DNA of 55,568 nucleotides from a bacterium (lineage in GTDB: Bacteria > Zhuqueibacterota > Zhuqueibacteria > Oceanimicrobiales > Oceanimicrobiaceae): the NCBI GenBank assembly GCA_046758365.1, contig JBHIAC010000007.1, positions 1-55,568 of the forward strand. The letters run 5' to 3'. Each line of letters opens with the position of its first letter. Within the stretch, counting starts at the first letter, position 1. Positions 31,331 through 40,230 of the stretch are shown here, piece after piece. A program made the position numbers and the translations under genes. The notes below the pieces were generated by a model. It was not told the DNA's origin. It worked only from the letters and a program-made list of their open reading frames with translations, and did not search any database.

Positions 31331-32680
31331 ATGAAATTTATCGCCGTTGTCCGCCGCATTCCATGGTTTGCTCTCATAGACCAACACATGATCGAAGTAG
31401 TGCGGGGTGCCAGTGTAGCGTTTACGCTGAAAGTATTCAGTGTGGGTTTGAGTTTTAGTTTTAATGTATTATTGGCACGTTTGGCGGGCGCTGAAGGCGC
31501 TGGTATCTACTATCTGGCTTTCACCGTCACTACCATAGCAACGGTGATAGGGCGCTTAGGCTTGGGCAATGCACTCCTGCGCTTCACTGCCGATAATGCA
31601 GCGAAAGGGGACTGGTCAAAGCTCGCTGGGGTTTCACGCATGGGTATACGGATAGCAATGGCCACTTCTTTTTTAGTTACCCTTTTCCTGGTGAGTAGTG
31701 CTTCTTGGATCGCTCAGAGCATTTTTGCCAAACCAAGTCTCATTGAGCCTATGCGACTGATGGCACTTAGTATTCTGCCTTTGAGTCTGCTCACCCTGTA
31801 TGGTGAGTTGCTCAAGGGCTTGAAAAAAATTCGCGATTCTATGCTAGTCCAAGTTGTGGGCATTCCCTTCTGTAGTTTGCCACTATTAGCCTTGCTTGGT
31901 AGTAAATTAGAGGTCATTGGTGCGGTGACTGCTTATGTTGCTTCCACTATTCTTATACTATTATTTAGTATATTCCTATGGCGGCGGGCGACACCACAAC
32001 TAAAAGGTCTTACTGGGCACTTTGACCTTCGGTTACTCATCAAGACCAGCCTACCTTTGTTTTGGGTTACTTTTATGAGTTTAGTGATGAACATGACGGA
32101 TACAATATTGCTTGGAATTTGGACAGATAGCAAAATAGTGGGCATCTATGGCGCAGCTTTTCGCACCGCTATGTTGACTAACTTCATTCTTTTTGCTTTT
32201 AATAGTATTATTGCGCCAAAATTCGCAGCCCTCTATGGACAGAGAGACCTGCCAGCCCTTAGCAATCTTGCCCGCAACGCCGCCAAACTAATGACCTTCC
32301 TGGCTGCTCCAGTTCTGTTATTATTTATCCTTGTACCAACTTGGGTGCTGGGTCTATATGGCCCTGAGTTTACCACAGGAGCGACTGTTCTTACCATTTT
32401 AGCAATAGGGCAGTTTATTAATGTGGCGACGGGCTCGGTAGGATATTTGCTGATGATGACTGGCCACGAAAAGCTAATGAGAAATAATATTGTTTTTTCT
32501 GCATTCTTAAATATTGTGTTAAATGTAACACTGATATTAAAATACGGCATTGTAGGCGCTGCAATAGCAAATGCTGTCAGTCTCGCAACTATGAACCTGA
32601 TATCAGTCTTTCTTGTTTATTGGAAACTCTCAATTTTCACATTACCCATACCAAAGTGGATCTTTAACCATGCAAAATAA
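31331..32680 (+). CDS. wzx: Wzx-type oligosaccharide flippase
   Basis: ~12 TM segments; GIYYLA, TDTILLG, VGIYGAA, GSVGYLLMMTGHEK, YGIVGAAIA. Confidence 0.88.
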   Translation: MKFIAVVRRIPWFALIDQHMIEVVRGASVAFTLKVFSVGLSFSFNVLLARLAGAEGAGIYYLAFTVTTIATVIGRLGLGNALLRFTADNAAKGDWSKLAGVSRMGIRIAMATSFLVTLFLVSSASWIAQSIFAKPSLIEPMRLMALSILPLSLLTLYGELLKGLKKIRDSMLVQVVGIPFCSLPLLALLGSKLEVIGAVTAYVASTILILLFSIFLWRRATPQLKGLTGHFDLRLLIKTSLPLFWVTFMSLVMNMTDTILLGIWTDSKIVGIYGAAFRTAMLTNFILFAFNSIIAPKFAALYGQRDLPALSNLARNAAKLMTFLAAPVLLLFILVPTWVLGLYGPEFTTGATVLTILAIGQFINVATGSVGYLLMMTGHEKLMRNNIVFSAFLNIVLNVTLILKYGIVGAAIANAVSLATMNLISVFLVYWKLSIFTLPIPKWIFNHAK

Positions 32681-33545
32681 TATAGGCCGCTTTCCCATCA
32701 TCATCATTGGAATGCATCGTTCTGGCACCAGTATGATAACACGAATATTGGGAGAGCTGGGATTGTTTTTAGGCAAGAAGAAAGATAAAAACCAGGAGGC
32801 ACGGTTCTTTCTTAATCTAAACAACTGGCTTCTACGACAAAGTGGTAGCTCATGGGACCATCCGGAGAATATTAGGTATCTGTTGGAAAATATTGAAATA
32901 CGTACCTTGGTGGTAAAATACATTGATCATCTATTGAAAACACCCCGAGTCATTAGCTACCTGGGAATGAGGAACTACCTGCGTTTTCGTAACCCTTTCA
33001 ATCTGAAAATCCCTTGGGGCTGGAAAGACCCGCGTAATACATACACGCTGCCATTATGGGTCGATCTGTTTCCCAAGGCAAAAGTTATACACATTTACCG
33101 CAACGGTGTTGACGTAGCGAATAGCTTAATGGTGCGAGGAATGAAAGAATTAAAAATCGTGAGTCGATGGATGGAAAGGCTGAAATGGAAACACAGGTTT
33201 AGGAATCGACCCTTTCCATCCATTGTTAGCTCTGTGAGCTGTCTGTCATTAGAAGAAGGATTCAGACTCTGGGAGGTTTATACAAAAAGAGCAGATACCT
33301 ATATAACTTCATTACCCTCAGATAGAGCCCTCTCAATTAAATATGAGGATTTTTTAGGCGAGCCATCTTCATTTATAAAAACACTTTGTGAATTCAGTGG
33401 AATTAATTATGATATTGCTCACATATCCAAGGTGGTATCTCAGATAAACACCACGCGGTCGAATGTGTATGAACGCGATAAAAAATTACATGATTTTTAT
33501 GAGTTGGTCAAACATTCACCCCAGATGATTCGTTATTTATATTAA
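32670..33545 (+). CDS. Sulfotransferase family protein
   Basis: 5'-PSB motif IGMHRSGTS, WGWKDPR, HIYRNGVDVANS, IKYEDF; ATG 32670 overlaps the wzx end. Confidence 0.9.
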   Translation: MQNNIGRFPIIIIGMHRSGTSMITRILGELGLFLGKKKDKNQEARFFLNLNNWLLRQSGSSWDHPENIRYLLENIEIRTLVVKYIDHLLKTPRVISYLGMRNYLRFRNPFNLKIPWGWKDPRNTYTLPLWVDLFPKAKVIHIYRNGVDVANSLMVRGMKELKIVSRWMERLKWKHRFRNRPFPSIVSSVSCLSLEEGFRLWEVYTKRADTYITSLPSDRALSIKYEDFLGEPSSFIKTLCEFSGINYDIAHISKVVSQINTTRSNVYERDKKLHDFYELVKHSPQMIRYLY

Positions 33546-33582
33546 TCAGGTGGTATCTAAATAAAAAATTCAATAGGAGTTA

Positions 33583-34416
33583 TTAATCGTCAGGAATAAG
33601 TTGTACTGATGGAGCGTTACCCTCCGAATCGAGTTGAACTGACGCCCAGAGCTTAAATTGTTCAGGTCTCGGTGGCCGATCGCCGCCTCTTCTACCGCCG
33701 AAACCGCCTCGACCACCACCTCTTCCGCCGCCAAAACCGCCTCTTCCCATTCTTTCTCTTAATTCCTCTCGATTTAACTCCGCAGTTTCAAAGCCGATGC
33801 CAAGTTGCTTACCTGCTTCTGTGCCGATGGCGAATCGATGCTGCTCGGTTTGTACCAGTGGCACTTTGATTTCATAAACCAGCAGGTCCGCTGCATCGCT
33901 GAGCTTTACTTTTGCTTCAATTCCTGGCAGTGTAGAAGCATTATTGAAACGCAGACGTTCATTTTTTTCTGGCCAAATAACTTCTATTTTTGTGAGGGAC
34001 TGTTCGAATTTTTCCCGCATACTTTCTAAGTTGGTTTCCTGATCGCGGTCTCGACTCCAGCGTTGCATCATCATCAATCCTGACTCTATCATTCCAATAG
34101 GAAAGCGAATTCCGAATGTTTTCTCTTTACCCCCTTCAGGATCAAACCAGAGGGTAAAGCCCGTGGCCATTATCTGCCGAAGCAGTTGATGGTCTGTGGA
34201 GGTCATGCAGACATAAACAAATTCTGTATCATTTGCCACGCCAATCGATACATTTTTCTTTTCAATAAAGGTCATGGTATCCTGCCATTCTGTTTGTTCG
34301 CCATCGACTGTAATTTCCTGTTGGCGCCAATTGCTGTTTAGTTTGAGTTTGCTGCTGCAACCCATCGAGAATGCAGCCAGAAGGGCTATGATTGTTATTT
34401 GAGTTAAGTATTTCAT
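33583..34416 (-). CDS. Hypothetical lipoprotein with Gly/Arg-rich segment
   Basis: Lipobox SMGC; ITVDG..TEW, LLVYEIKVPL, GGFGGGRGGGRGG. Confidence 0.75.
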   Translation of the reverse strand: MKYLTQITIIALLAAFSMGCSSKLKLNSNWRQQEITVDGEQTEWQDTMTFIEKKNVSIGVANDTEFVYVCMTSTDHQLLRQIMATGFTLWFDPEGGKEKTFGIRFPIGMIESGLMMMQRWSRDRDQETNLESMREKFEQSLTKIEVIWPEKNERLRFNNASTLPGIEAKVKLSDAADLLVYEIKVPLVQTEQHRFAIGTEAGKQLGIGFETAELNREELRERMGRGGFGGGRGGGRGGFGGRRGGDRPPRPEQFKLWASVQLDSEGNAPSVQLIPDD

Positions 34417-34458
34417 TTTGTACTTCCTTTATCGTTTTAGACTAAGGCGCCTTCGGTC

Positions 34459-34532
34459 GGCAGTTAGCAGTAAGCAGTTGGCTAGATGGTAATACTTGCT
34501 TTGTTTACTGCTCACTGCTTACTGTCAACTGG
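34459..34532. repeat. Inverted pair of degenerate 7-mer tandem arrays (GCAGTTA / TTACTGC)
   Basis: ggcagttagcagtaagcagttggc ... ttactgctcactgcttactgtcaactg. Confidence 0.75.
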
Positions 34533-34588
34533 TATCTGCCTCCGCCTTCGCTTTTCTATCAAATTACTTAATTATCAGAAAATCGTTT

Positions 34589-35554
34589 TTATCTTCTTCC
34601 TTGGCGAGCTGTTTTCAATTCAGCATATTTTTCTAATTGTTTTGCATTGAGAATGCTTTGAATTTGCTTATCGACCTGGCTCATTTTTTCACGCATGGCT
34701 TGCAGCAATTCTTCTCTATTTCGGCCATTGTGGTTGCCGTTTAATTCACCTCGAATATTTCCGCGGACATCTGCAAAGATTTTCTGAAGCTGTGCCTTTT
34801 GAGTTTCATCTAAATCAAGTGCTACAGATAACCGTTCGATTCGTTTTTGTGAACGATTCCTGCCAAATCTCTGAAAACGCTTTTTCATTTTCTCTTGACG
34901 TTGACCTTTTATTTCGAGAAAAATGGATTGTTGTTCGGGGGTCAATATGTTTAACATTTTTTCTTTGTTCTCCTTTAACAGTTCTCTTCTTTTCTGTAAA
35001 AATTCCCTACGATTCGCACTTTCCGCTTTCATCGACAAGAGGGTTTGCCAGAATCCCAAAGCCTTGATTTGACTTTTCTGCTCTTCGTTTAAATTGAGTT
35101 TTGCGCTAAGCACTTCGATTCTTTTGTTGAGGAGTTCTTCAGGAACTTCACCTCGTTCGAGTTGTGCTTTCAATTCTTCTGCTTTTGCTCGCTGTTCCGG
35201 TGTCAAGATTGCCAGAATCTCCTTGTGAATTGATTCCCGCATTTCATTCCGCTTAGCTTTCCTCTCCTCGAAAGAGGGTCTGCTTTCAAATGAGCCGCGC
35301 AAGAATTTGAAATTTACTCTTTGCGATTGAATGATTTCTTTTATTTGCGCTTTTTGTTCTTCCGTTAAATCAAGAACTGCCCAAAGACTCCATCCACGAT
35401 TCAAAAATGGTAGGAGGTCTTCGTCTTGTGAACTGAGACTGGTTTTATTTAGAACAGTGGATTCTGCGGAAATCGGATCTAACCCATCTTTACTTGAGCA
35501 ACTGATGATGAATTGAGAAATCATCGCGATTAAAGTAAGATTTAGTACTTTCAT
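34589..35554 (-). CDS. Lipoprotein with three Spy/CpxP-like (LTXXQ) repeats
   Basis: AAGGAG RBS, MKVLNL...IISC lipobox; LDLTEEQK..ILTPEQR, LNLNEEQK..ILTPEQQ, LDLDETQK..ILNAKQL. Confidence 0.8.
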   Translation of the reverse strand: MKVLNLTLIAMISQFIISCSSKDGLDPISAESTVLNKTSLSSQDEDLLPFLNRGWSLWAVLDLTEEQKAQIKEIIQSQRVNFKFLRGSFESRPSFEERKAKRNEMRESIHKEILAILTPEQRAKAEELKAQLERGEVPEELLNKRIEVLSAKLNLNEEQKSQIKALGFWQTLLSMKAESANRREFLQKRRELLKENKEKMLNILTPEQQSIFLEIKGQRQEKMKKRFQRFGRNRSQKRIERLSVALDLDETQKAQLQKIFADVRGNIRGELNGNHNGRNREELLQAMREKMSQVDKQIQSILNAKQLEKYAELKTARQGRR

Positions 35555-35770
35555 AGTTTGTCTCCTTTCTTTAATTACTCTAGGCTTCTGCAAAATAGGG
35601 TGTACAACCTTTAGGTTGAGATTGTCATAGACAGGCTGAAGCCTGTACACCCATTTTGAGCATGCTTTAAATTAATTTTGCAGAAGTCTATAATTACTCA
35701 TGATTTGCATTAAATATTAATCCTACTTCGATTTGATTATCTGCGCTGTAACTTCATCTACATTTTTTCC

Positions 35771-35915
35771 TAATGAAACTCCGGCAATCGAGGCTAAAGC
35801 AATCTCATAACCCGTGATGTTTCTGCGGCGGCCTCGGTAATTTCCGCTTGATTCCGTATGGTGAAATCATCGTCTTCGCCGTGCTGATTGAGATTAAAAT
35901 TGTTATCTTTTTCAT
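35771..35915 (-). pseudogene. Collapsed remnant containing a MacB-type ABC permease fragment
   Basis: ATG 35915 MKKITILIS..., then in another frame GEDDDFTIRNQAEITEAAAETSRVMRLL and, after a further shift, LASIAGVSL. This is the segment that precedes the GGIGIMN motif in MacB-family permeases. Confidence 0.7.
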
Positions 35916-35926
35916 TTTGATTTGCC

Positions 35927-36604
35927 TTAATTTTTCAGATCTCTTTTCGGTTTTGAATCTCTAAAATTTCTTTGTGGTCTTGGCCCCCTAAAAGGTCGCC
36001 CAAATGGAGGACGCTCATAATATCTCATCTCACGAAACTTTTCTAATTGTTCAGGTGTTAAGATATTTTCGATTTCTTGCTGCAATTTTTGAAAGTGATT
36101 TCTGCGTTCCTCCCATTTGCCTTGAAAGTTTTGGCGATCGAGACGCGGAAAAGCCTTGATTGAATTCATAATCTGTTTTAATTGTTCTTGCTGATTTTCG
36201 TCGAGATCTAACGCTTCAGTTAAGCGTGCTATGCCCCTTTCGACAATTTTATCACCGCCTTTTACAAGTTGAGCTTCGAAACGATTGCGCTGCTCTTCTG
36301 TCAAAAGAGAGTTCAAATCCGTATGCAGAGAATCATATATCGCTATAACTTGATTCTCGTGCTTTTCATACAATTCCCTAAGTTGTTTAGACCGTTTTGC
36401 TAAAATTTTCTCGAATGCCGCTCTTTGCTCATCTGTTGGCTGGATGACTCGTTCCATAAATGAAAAAAATCGCTGGTGAGGCAGCATCCTTTCAAATGTG
36501 TGTTCTCTTTTATTTCGCCACGTACTACTACCCAATACTCCAATTACGATTCCGATAACCAGCGCGCTGAGAATAATGAATGTTGTCGTAGATTTTGTTT
36601 TCAT
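35927..36604 (-). CDS. Membrane-anchored Spy/CpxP-like periplasmic protein
   Basis: N-terminal TM; LLTEEQR, LDLDENQQ, ILTPEQL repeats; follows the anti-sigma gene. Confidence 0.75.
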   Translation of the reverse strand: MKTKSTTTFIILSALVIGIVIGVLGSSTWRNKREHTFERMLPHQRFFSFMERVIQPTDEQRAAFEKILAKRSKQLRELYEKHENQVIAIYDSLHTDLNSLLTEEQRNRFEAQLVKGGDKIVERGIARLTEALDLDENQQEQLKQIMNSIKAFPRLDRQNFQGKWEERRNHFQKLQQEIENILTPEQLEKFREMRYYERPPFGRPFRGPRPQRNFRDSKPKRDLKN

Positions 36605-37023
36605 TATTTTCCCTCCTCAACAATGATATCCAATTGCCAGGTATCTTCAAGAGTTAATTGAGGCATCCCCAACACCGAATCCAATGAATTATTCTTTTCC
36701 ACCAAAACACTATTCGCAAGGAGTAAGAGAATGGCTATCGTACCTGCCAGGGCAATCCGCCGGAACACCCATATCAGGGATCCCAAAAAGTCTTCTTGTT
36801 CAATTGATTCAGACTTAATGCGCTGCATAACTTGAGCAGCAAAAAATGGTTTAAAAGAGTGCACTGCTTCACCCTTGATCATCTGACGCATCTCTATGAT
36901 GCGTTTTTTTTCTTCCAGAAGTTCTGGGAATAAAGACAGCGCGCTTGTGAGTTCTGTTTGATCTTCCTCTGAAAGTTCATCGTCAAATGAACGATAGAGC
37001 AGCTCTAATAATCTCTCGTTCAT
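36604..37023 (-). CDS. Putative anti-sigma factor (single TM)
   Basis: Coupled to the ECF sigma (ATGA overlap); FKPFFAAQVMQRI followed by a TM helix. Confidence 0.75.
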   Translation of the reverse strand: MNERLLELLYRSFDDELSEEDQTELTSALSLFPELLEEKKRIIEMRQMIKGEAVHSFKPFFAAQVMQRIKSESIEQEDFLGSLIWVFRRIALAGTIAILLLLANSVLVEKNNSLDSVLGMPQLTLEDTWQLDIIVEEGK

Positions 37024-37568
37024 ATTTTCTCCTTAATAAATGGAGTTAAGGTTTCCTTTAACTTTTTTTGTGCACGAGACAGCCGGGACAACACCGTTCC
37101 AATTGGGAGATCCAAAATTTTTGCTGTCTCATCAGTTGAATATCCATTAATAAGCCTTAATACAATCACCACTCGGAAGCCGGGTTCAAGCTTTTGTATT
37201 GCGTTTTGAACCAATTCTTGCCTTTCATGTTTCGTAATTGTGTCATCTGGATCGATGGCGATCTCTGTCATGTCATCCTCGAAATTTTTAAAAAAAAGTT
37301 GCCGCCGTTTTCTCCTCTTAAGTTCGTTTAACGAAAGATTCATGGCGATTCGAGTCAGGTAAGTACCGAGGGATGACTCTGCATGAAAACTGTGTAATGC
37401 CTTATAAAATCGAATGAAAACTTCTTGACCGACATCCTCCGTCTCTTGGCACTTGCCCAACATGCCGATAACTGTGGCGGCGACTTGTGATTCATATCGC
37501 TTAACAAGTTCTTCAAATGCTTTGCTATCACCTTCTCGCGCTTGTTGTAAGAGCTCCTGATCTGTCAC
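37020..37568 (-). CDS. ECF RNA polymerase sigma-70 factor
   Basis: GDSKAFEELV, EDVGQEVFIR, TYLTRIAMN, GTVLSRLSRA. Confidence 0.95.
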   Translation of the reverse strand: MTDQELLQQAREGDSKAFEELVKRYESQVAATVIGMLGKCQETEDVGQEVFIRFYKALHSFHAESSLGTYLTRIAMNLSLNELKRRKRRQLFFKNFEDDMTEIAIDPDDTITKHERQELVQNAIQKLEPGFRVVIVLRLINGYSTDETAKILDLPIGTVLSRLSRAQKKLKETLTPFIKEKI

Positions 37569-37638
37569 CGAGTCACTTTCTTTTTTTAGTTCGATAGTTA
37601 GACAAGAGGAAATGCGGATTTATTCCCGTGAATTGGTA

Positions 37639-37740
37639 AAAAGCTGACCTTCTCATATTTTAAAATGAATAGGGGTTGATAAGTTTAAGTAAGTCAATAC
37701 AACTCCATGTTTTTCTTAGCGGAAAAGAAGGTCAGCTTTT
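37639..37740. mobile_element. 102-bp MITE-like element with perfect 15-bp terminal inverted repeats
   Basis: AAAAGCTGACCTTCT (37639-37653) ... AGAAGGTCAGCTTTT (37726-37740). A solo copy of the same end lies at 16686-16701. Confidence 0.55.
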
Positions 37741-37814
37741 GATTCTAAGTTCGAGAAAAAATGATTGACAAAAGTAATTTAAATAATGGATGAATAAAAT
37801 ATAGGTATTACTCT

Positions 37815-38117
37815 ATGTTTAGGCTTCCGAAGTTATGACCTTGGATCAAATTGCTGAATATTTACAATTTAAACCTGATTTGATTGATCTACAAATTGGT
37901 TAAAAGGGGTGGAATTCCGGCTGCTAAAATTGGAAACCAATGGTGGATCAGGAAAAAGTTAATTGACCAGTGGTTGGATGAGTCAGCGTACTTAACACCC
38001 CAAAGTTTTGAGAAGATGCTGAAACAGTCAAGAGAAGCGGCAGAAAAAATTAGCATATTAGGGCCTAAAGAAGCTGATGTCTTGATCTCAAAAAGTAAGA
38101 AAAGAGCATCGCAATAA
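37815..38117 (+). pseudogene. Excisionase-type HTH (HTH_17) protein, probable antitoxin, frameshifted
   Basis: EVMTLDQIAEYLQFKPDL / IYKLVKRGGIPAAKIGNQWWIRKKLIDQWL. The frames are separated by a 4-bp duplication (gatTTGATTGAtc, ~37880-37887). Confidence 0.75.
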
Positions 38118-38127
38118 AGGCAAAAGG

Positions 38128-38190
38128 TGACGAAAAGAAGGCGAAAAAAAGAACGACTGCTTCATTGGAAAGTAATTATTGACACGTAGG
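38128..38190 (+). pseudogene. 5' stub of a PIN-domain toxin
   Basis: Reads ...RLLHWKVIIDT* directly after the HTH gene. KVIIDT matches the first PIN strand (V-x-D-T-N); the rest is absent. Confidence 0.45.
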
Positions 38191-38210
38191 AAGCAAACTT
38201 ATCTTTCATT

Positions 38211-38316
38211 TTATCTCCGAATTCTTAGAACTACGTCTTCGATAATCACCAAAGTCCCTTTGAGATCCTCTTGGTGTCTATTCTGTAGAAACTCATTGAT
38301 CCGCAAGGAATTTCAT
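38211..38316 (-). pseudogene. DUF5615 (VapC45-like) PIN toxin, internally deleted
   Basis: TAATG coupling to DUF433. Starts MKFLADQ*, while another frame gives the typical C-terminus QEDLKGTLVIIEDVVLRIRR*. Confidence 0.75.
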
Positions 38317-38570
38317 TAAGCCTTCACAGCTTTAGTGTCATAAAATTCTATGGGTTCATCTTTTAGAAGTTGACTTGCAAAAGCGATGCATGCCTGGATA
38401 TCTTCATGTGTAAGGTCTGGAAAGTCAAATTTAATAATCTCCTCAGGGGAAGCTCCATTGGCTAAAAGGTCCAATATCTGTTGTACCATAATTCTTGTGC
38501 CACGTATGTGTGGTTTACCATGACAAATATTTTTGTTTATTGAAATTCTGTTTAACAGATACTTAGTCAT
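38316..38570 (-). CDS. DUF433 family antitoxin (VapB45-like)
   Basis: RISINKNICHGKPHIRGTRIMVQQILDLLANG...FPDLTHEDIQACIAFA. Confidence 0.92.
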   Translation of the reverse strand: MTKYLLNRISINKNICHGKPHIRGTRIMVQQILDLLANGASPEEIIKFDFPDLTHEDIQACIAFASQLLKDEPIEFYDTKAVKA

Positions 38571-38694
38571 TTAAATCTCCACGAAAAAATTCATAACAAA
38601 TGTAATGAAATATTACGACATAATCAATATAAGAATTGGATGAGAACTTTTTTTCACTTTTACAGATCGTTCATTTTAATGTGTTGATACCCGA

Positions 38695-40032
38695 TTATAA
38701 GCGAAAACGCTCACTTATTCTTTTTGTAATTAGTTCAAAATCCGCAGGTAATTCCACAGGCAAATTTGCGAACTTCGTCTGGACGCCTTCCAATCGATTC
38801 TCGTGGTACTTAATTTTAAAATCCACAAACTTCAAGCCGTGTGCGGTGGAGATGACCACGACCCGGTCTTTGGGTTTTATTTCTCTCTTCTCGACTAACT
38901 TCAAGAAAGCCGCCAAAGCCACACCCGTTTGCGGGCAGGTGAACAATCCATACCGGTCGGCCCATGCTGTCGCATTGGCTAATTCCTCCTCGCTGGCTTG
39001 CTCTACGATGCCATTTAGTTGTTTGAGTACACGGATGGCTTTTTTGATGCTGACGGGATTTCCAATCTGAATAGCTGTGGCCAGGGTTGGCTCGGCTTTT
39101 TTAGGATAAAATTCTGCAAAACCTTTTTGGTAGCTTTCGAACAAGGGATTGGCTTGCTGGGTTTGCGCACAAACCAGCCGCGGCAGACGGTCGATGAGGC
39201 CTACCGCCTGCATTTCAAGAAAGCCCTTACCTATGGCGGAAATATTCCCCAGATTTCCCCCGGGCACGATGACCCAATCAGGGACCTGCCAGTTCAACTG
39301 CTGAACCAGCTCCATACTTACGGTTTTTTGTCCCTCGACTCTCAGAGAGTTCATGGAATTGGCCAGGTAAATTTCTTTGGATTCGGTGAGTTTCTGAATG
39401 ATTTTCATGCAGCCGTCAAAATCGCAATCCAAAGAAAGAGTCAATGCACCATTGGCGATGGGTTGAATGAGTTGGGCGTTAGAAACCTTATCTTTAGGCA
39501 AAAGTACCAGTGCAGGAATGCCCGCGGCCGCACAGTAAGCCGCTAAAGCCGCAGAAGTGTCTCCAGTAGACGCACAAGCCACTGCTTTGATTTTTTGCCC
39601 CTCAGCCATCATTTGATTGACCATGGAAACCAGCACGGTCATGCCCAAATCTTTGAAAGAGCCCGTGTGACTGTTACCGCAGAGCTTCACCCAGAGGTTT
39701 TGGACCCCTGTTTCTTTGGCTAAACGGTTAGCTTCAAATAGCGGCGTTCGTCCCTCACCGATGGAAACGATGTACTGGTCTTCGACTTCCGGACAAACCC
39801 ACTCCTTTTTTCCCCAAACACCGCTGGCGTGGGATCCCAAAGAATAACGAAATCGGGAATTAAAAAGCTCTCGCCATTCTTGCGGGGACTTGGAGCGCAG
39901 CTTGGCCAAATCGTGCTGCACTTCCAGCAAGTCACCGCATTTAGGACAGCGGTAGATGATTTCAGATAATGGGTAATGACCGGGACAACAGTTAATGCAC
40001 TGGTACCAGACTTTGAAAATATCCTGTTTCAT
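38695..40032 (-). CDS. thrC: Threonine synthase
   Basis: N-terminal Cys knuckles; EGRTPL, HTGSFKDLG (PLP Lys), CASTGDTSA, PGGNLGN, STAHGLKF. Confidence 0.93.
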   Translation of the reverse strand: MKQDIFKVWYQCINCCPGHYPLSEIIYRCPKCGDLLEVQHDLAKLRSKSPQEWRELFNSRFRYSLGSHASGVWGKKEWVCPEVEDQYIVSIGEGRTPLFEANRLAKETGVQNLWVKLCGNSHTGSFKDLGMTVLVSMVNQMMAEGQKIKAVACASTGDTSAALAAYCAAAGIPALVLLPKDKVSNAQLIQPIANGALTLSLDCDFDGCMKIIQKLTESKEIYLANSMNSLRVEGQKTVSMELVQQLNWQVPDWVIVPGGNLGNISAIGKGFLEMQAVGLIDRLPRLVCAQTQQANPLFESYQKGFAEFYPKKAEPTLATAIQIGNPVSIKKAIRVLKQLNGIVEQASEEELANATAWADRYGLFTCPQTGVALAAFLKLVEKREIKPKDRVVVISTAHGLKFVDFKIKYHENRLEGVQTKFANLPVELPADFELITKRISERFRL

Positions 40033-40230
40033 GGAATGGGTTGCGTTTAAAAGCTTACCTTCTTAATGTAAATATAAGTTTATTTATTACCAACGATTTG
40101 CATGAATTCAACAAACTGAGATGCATATTAGGGTTTTAAGAAAGGTTAGTTTTTTATAAAAATGTAGAGACATTATTGCTTATAGTCAAGTTAAAATTTG
40201 CTTGACTAAGTAATGTGATTTACATAAATT

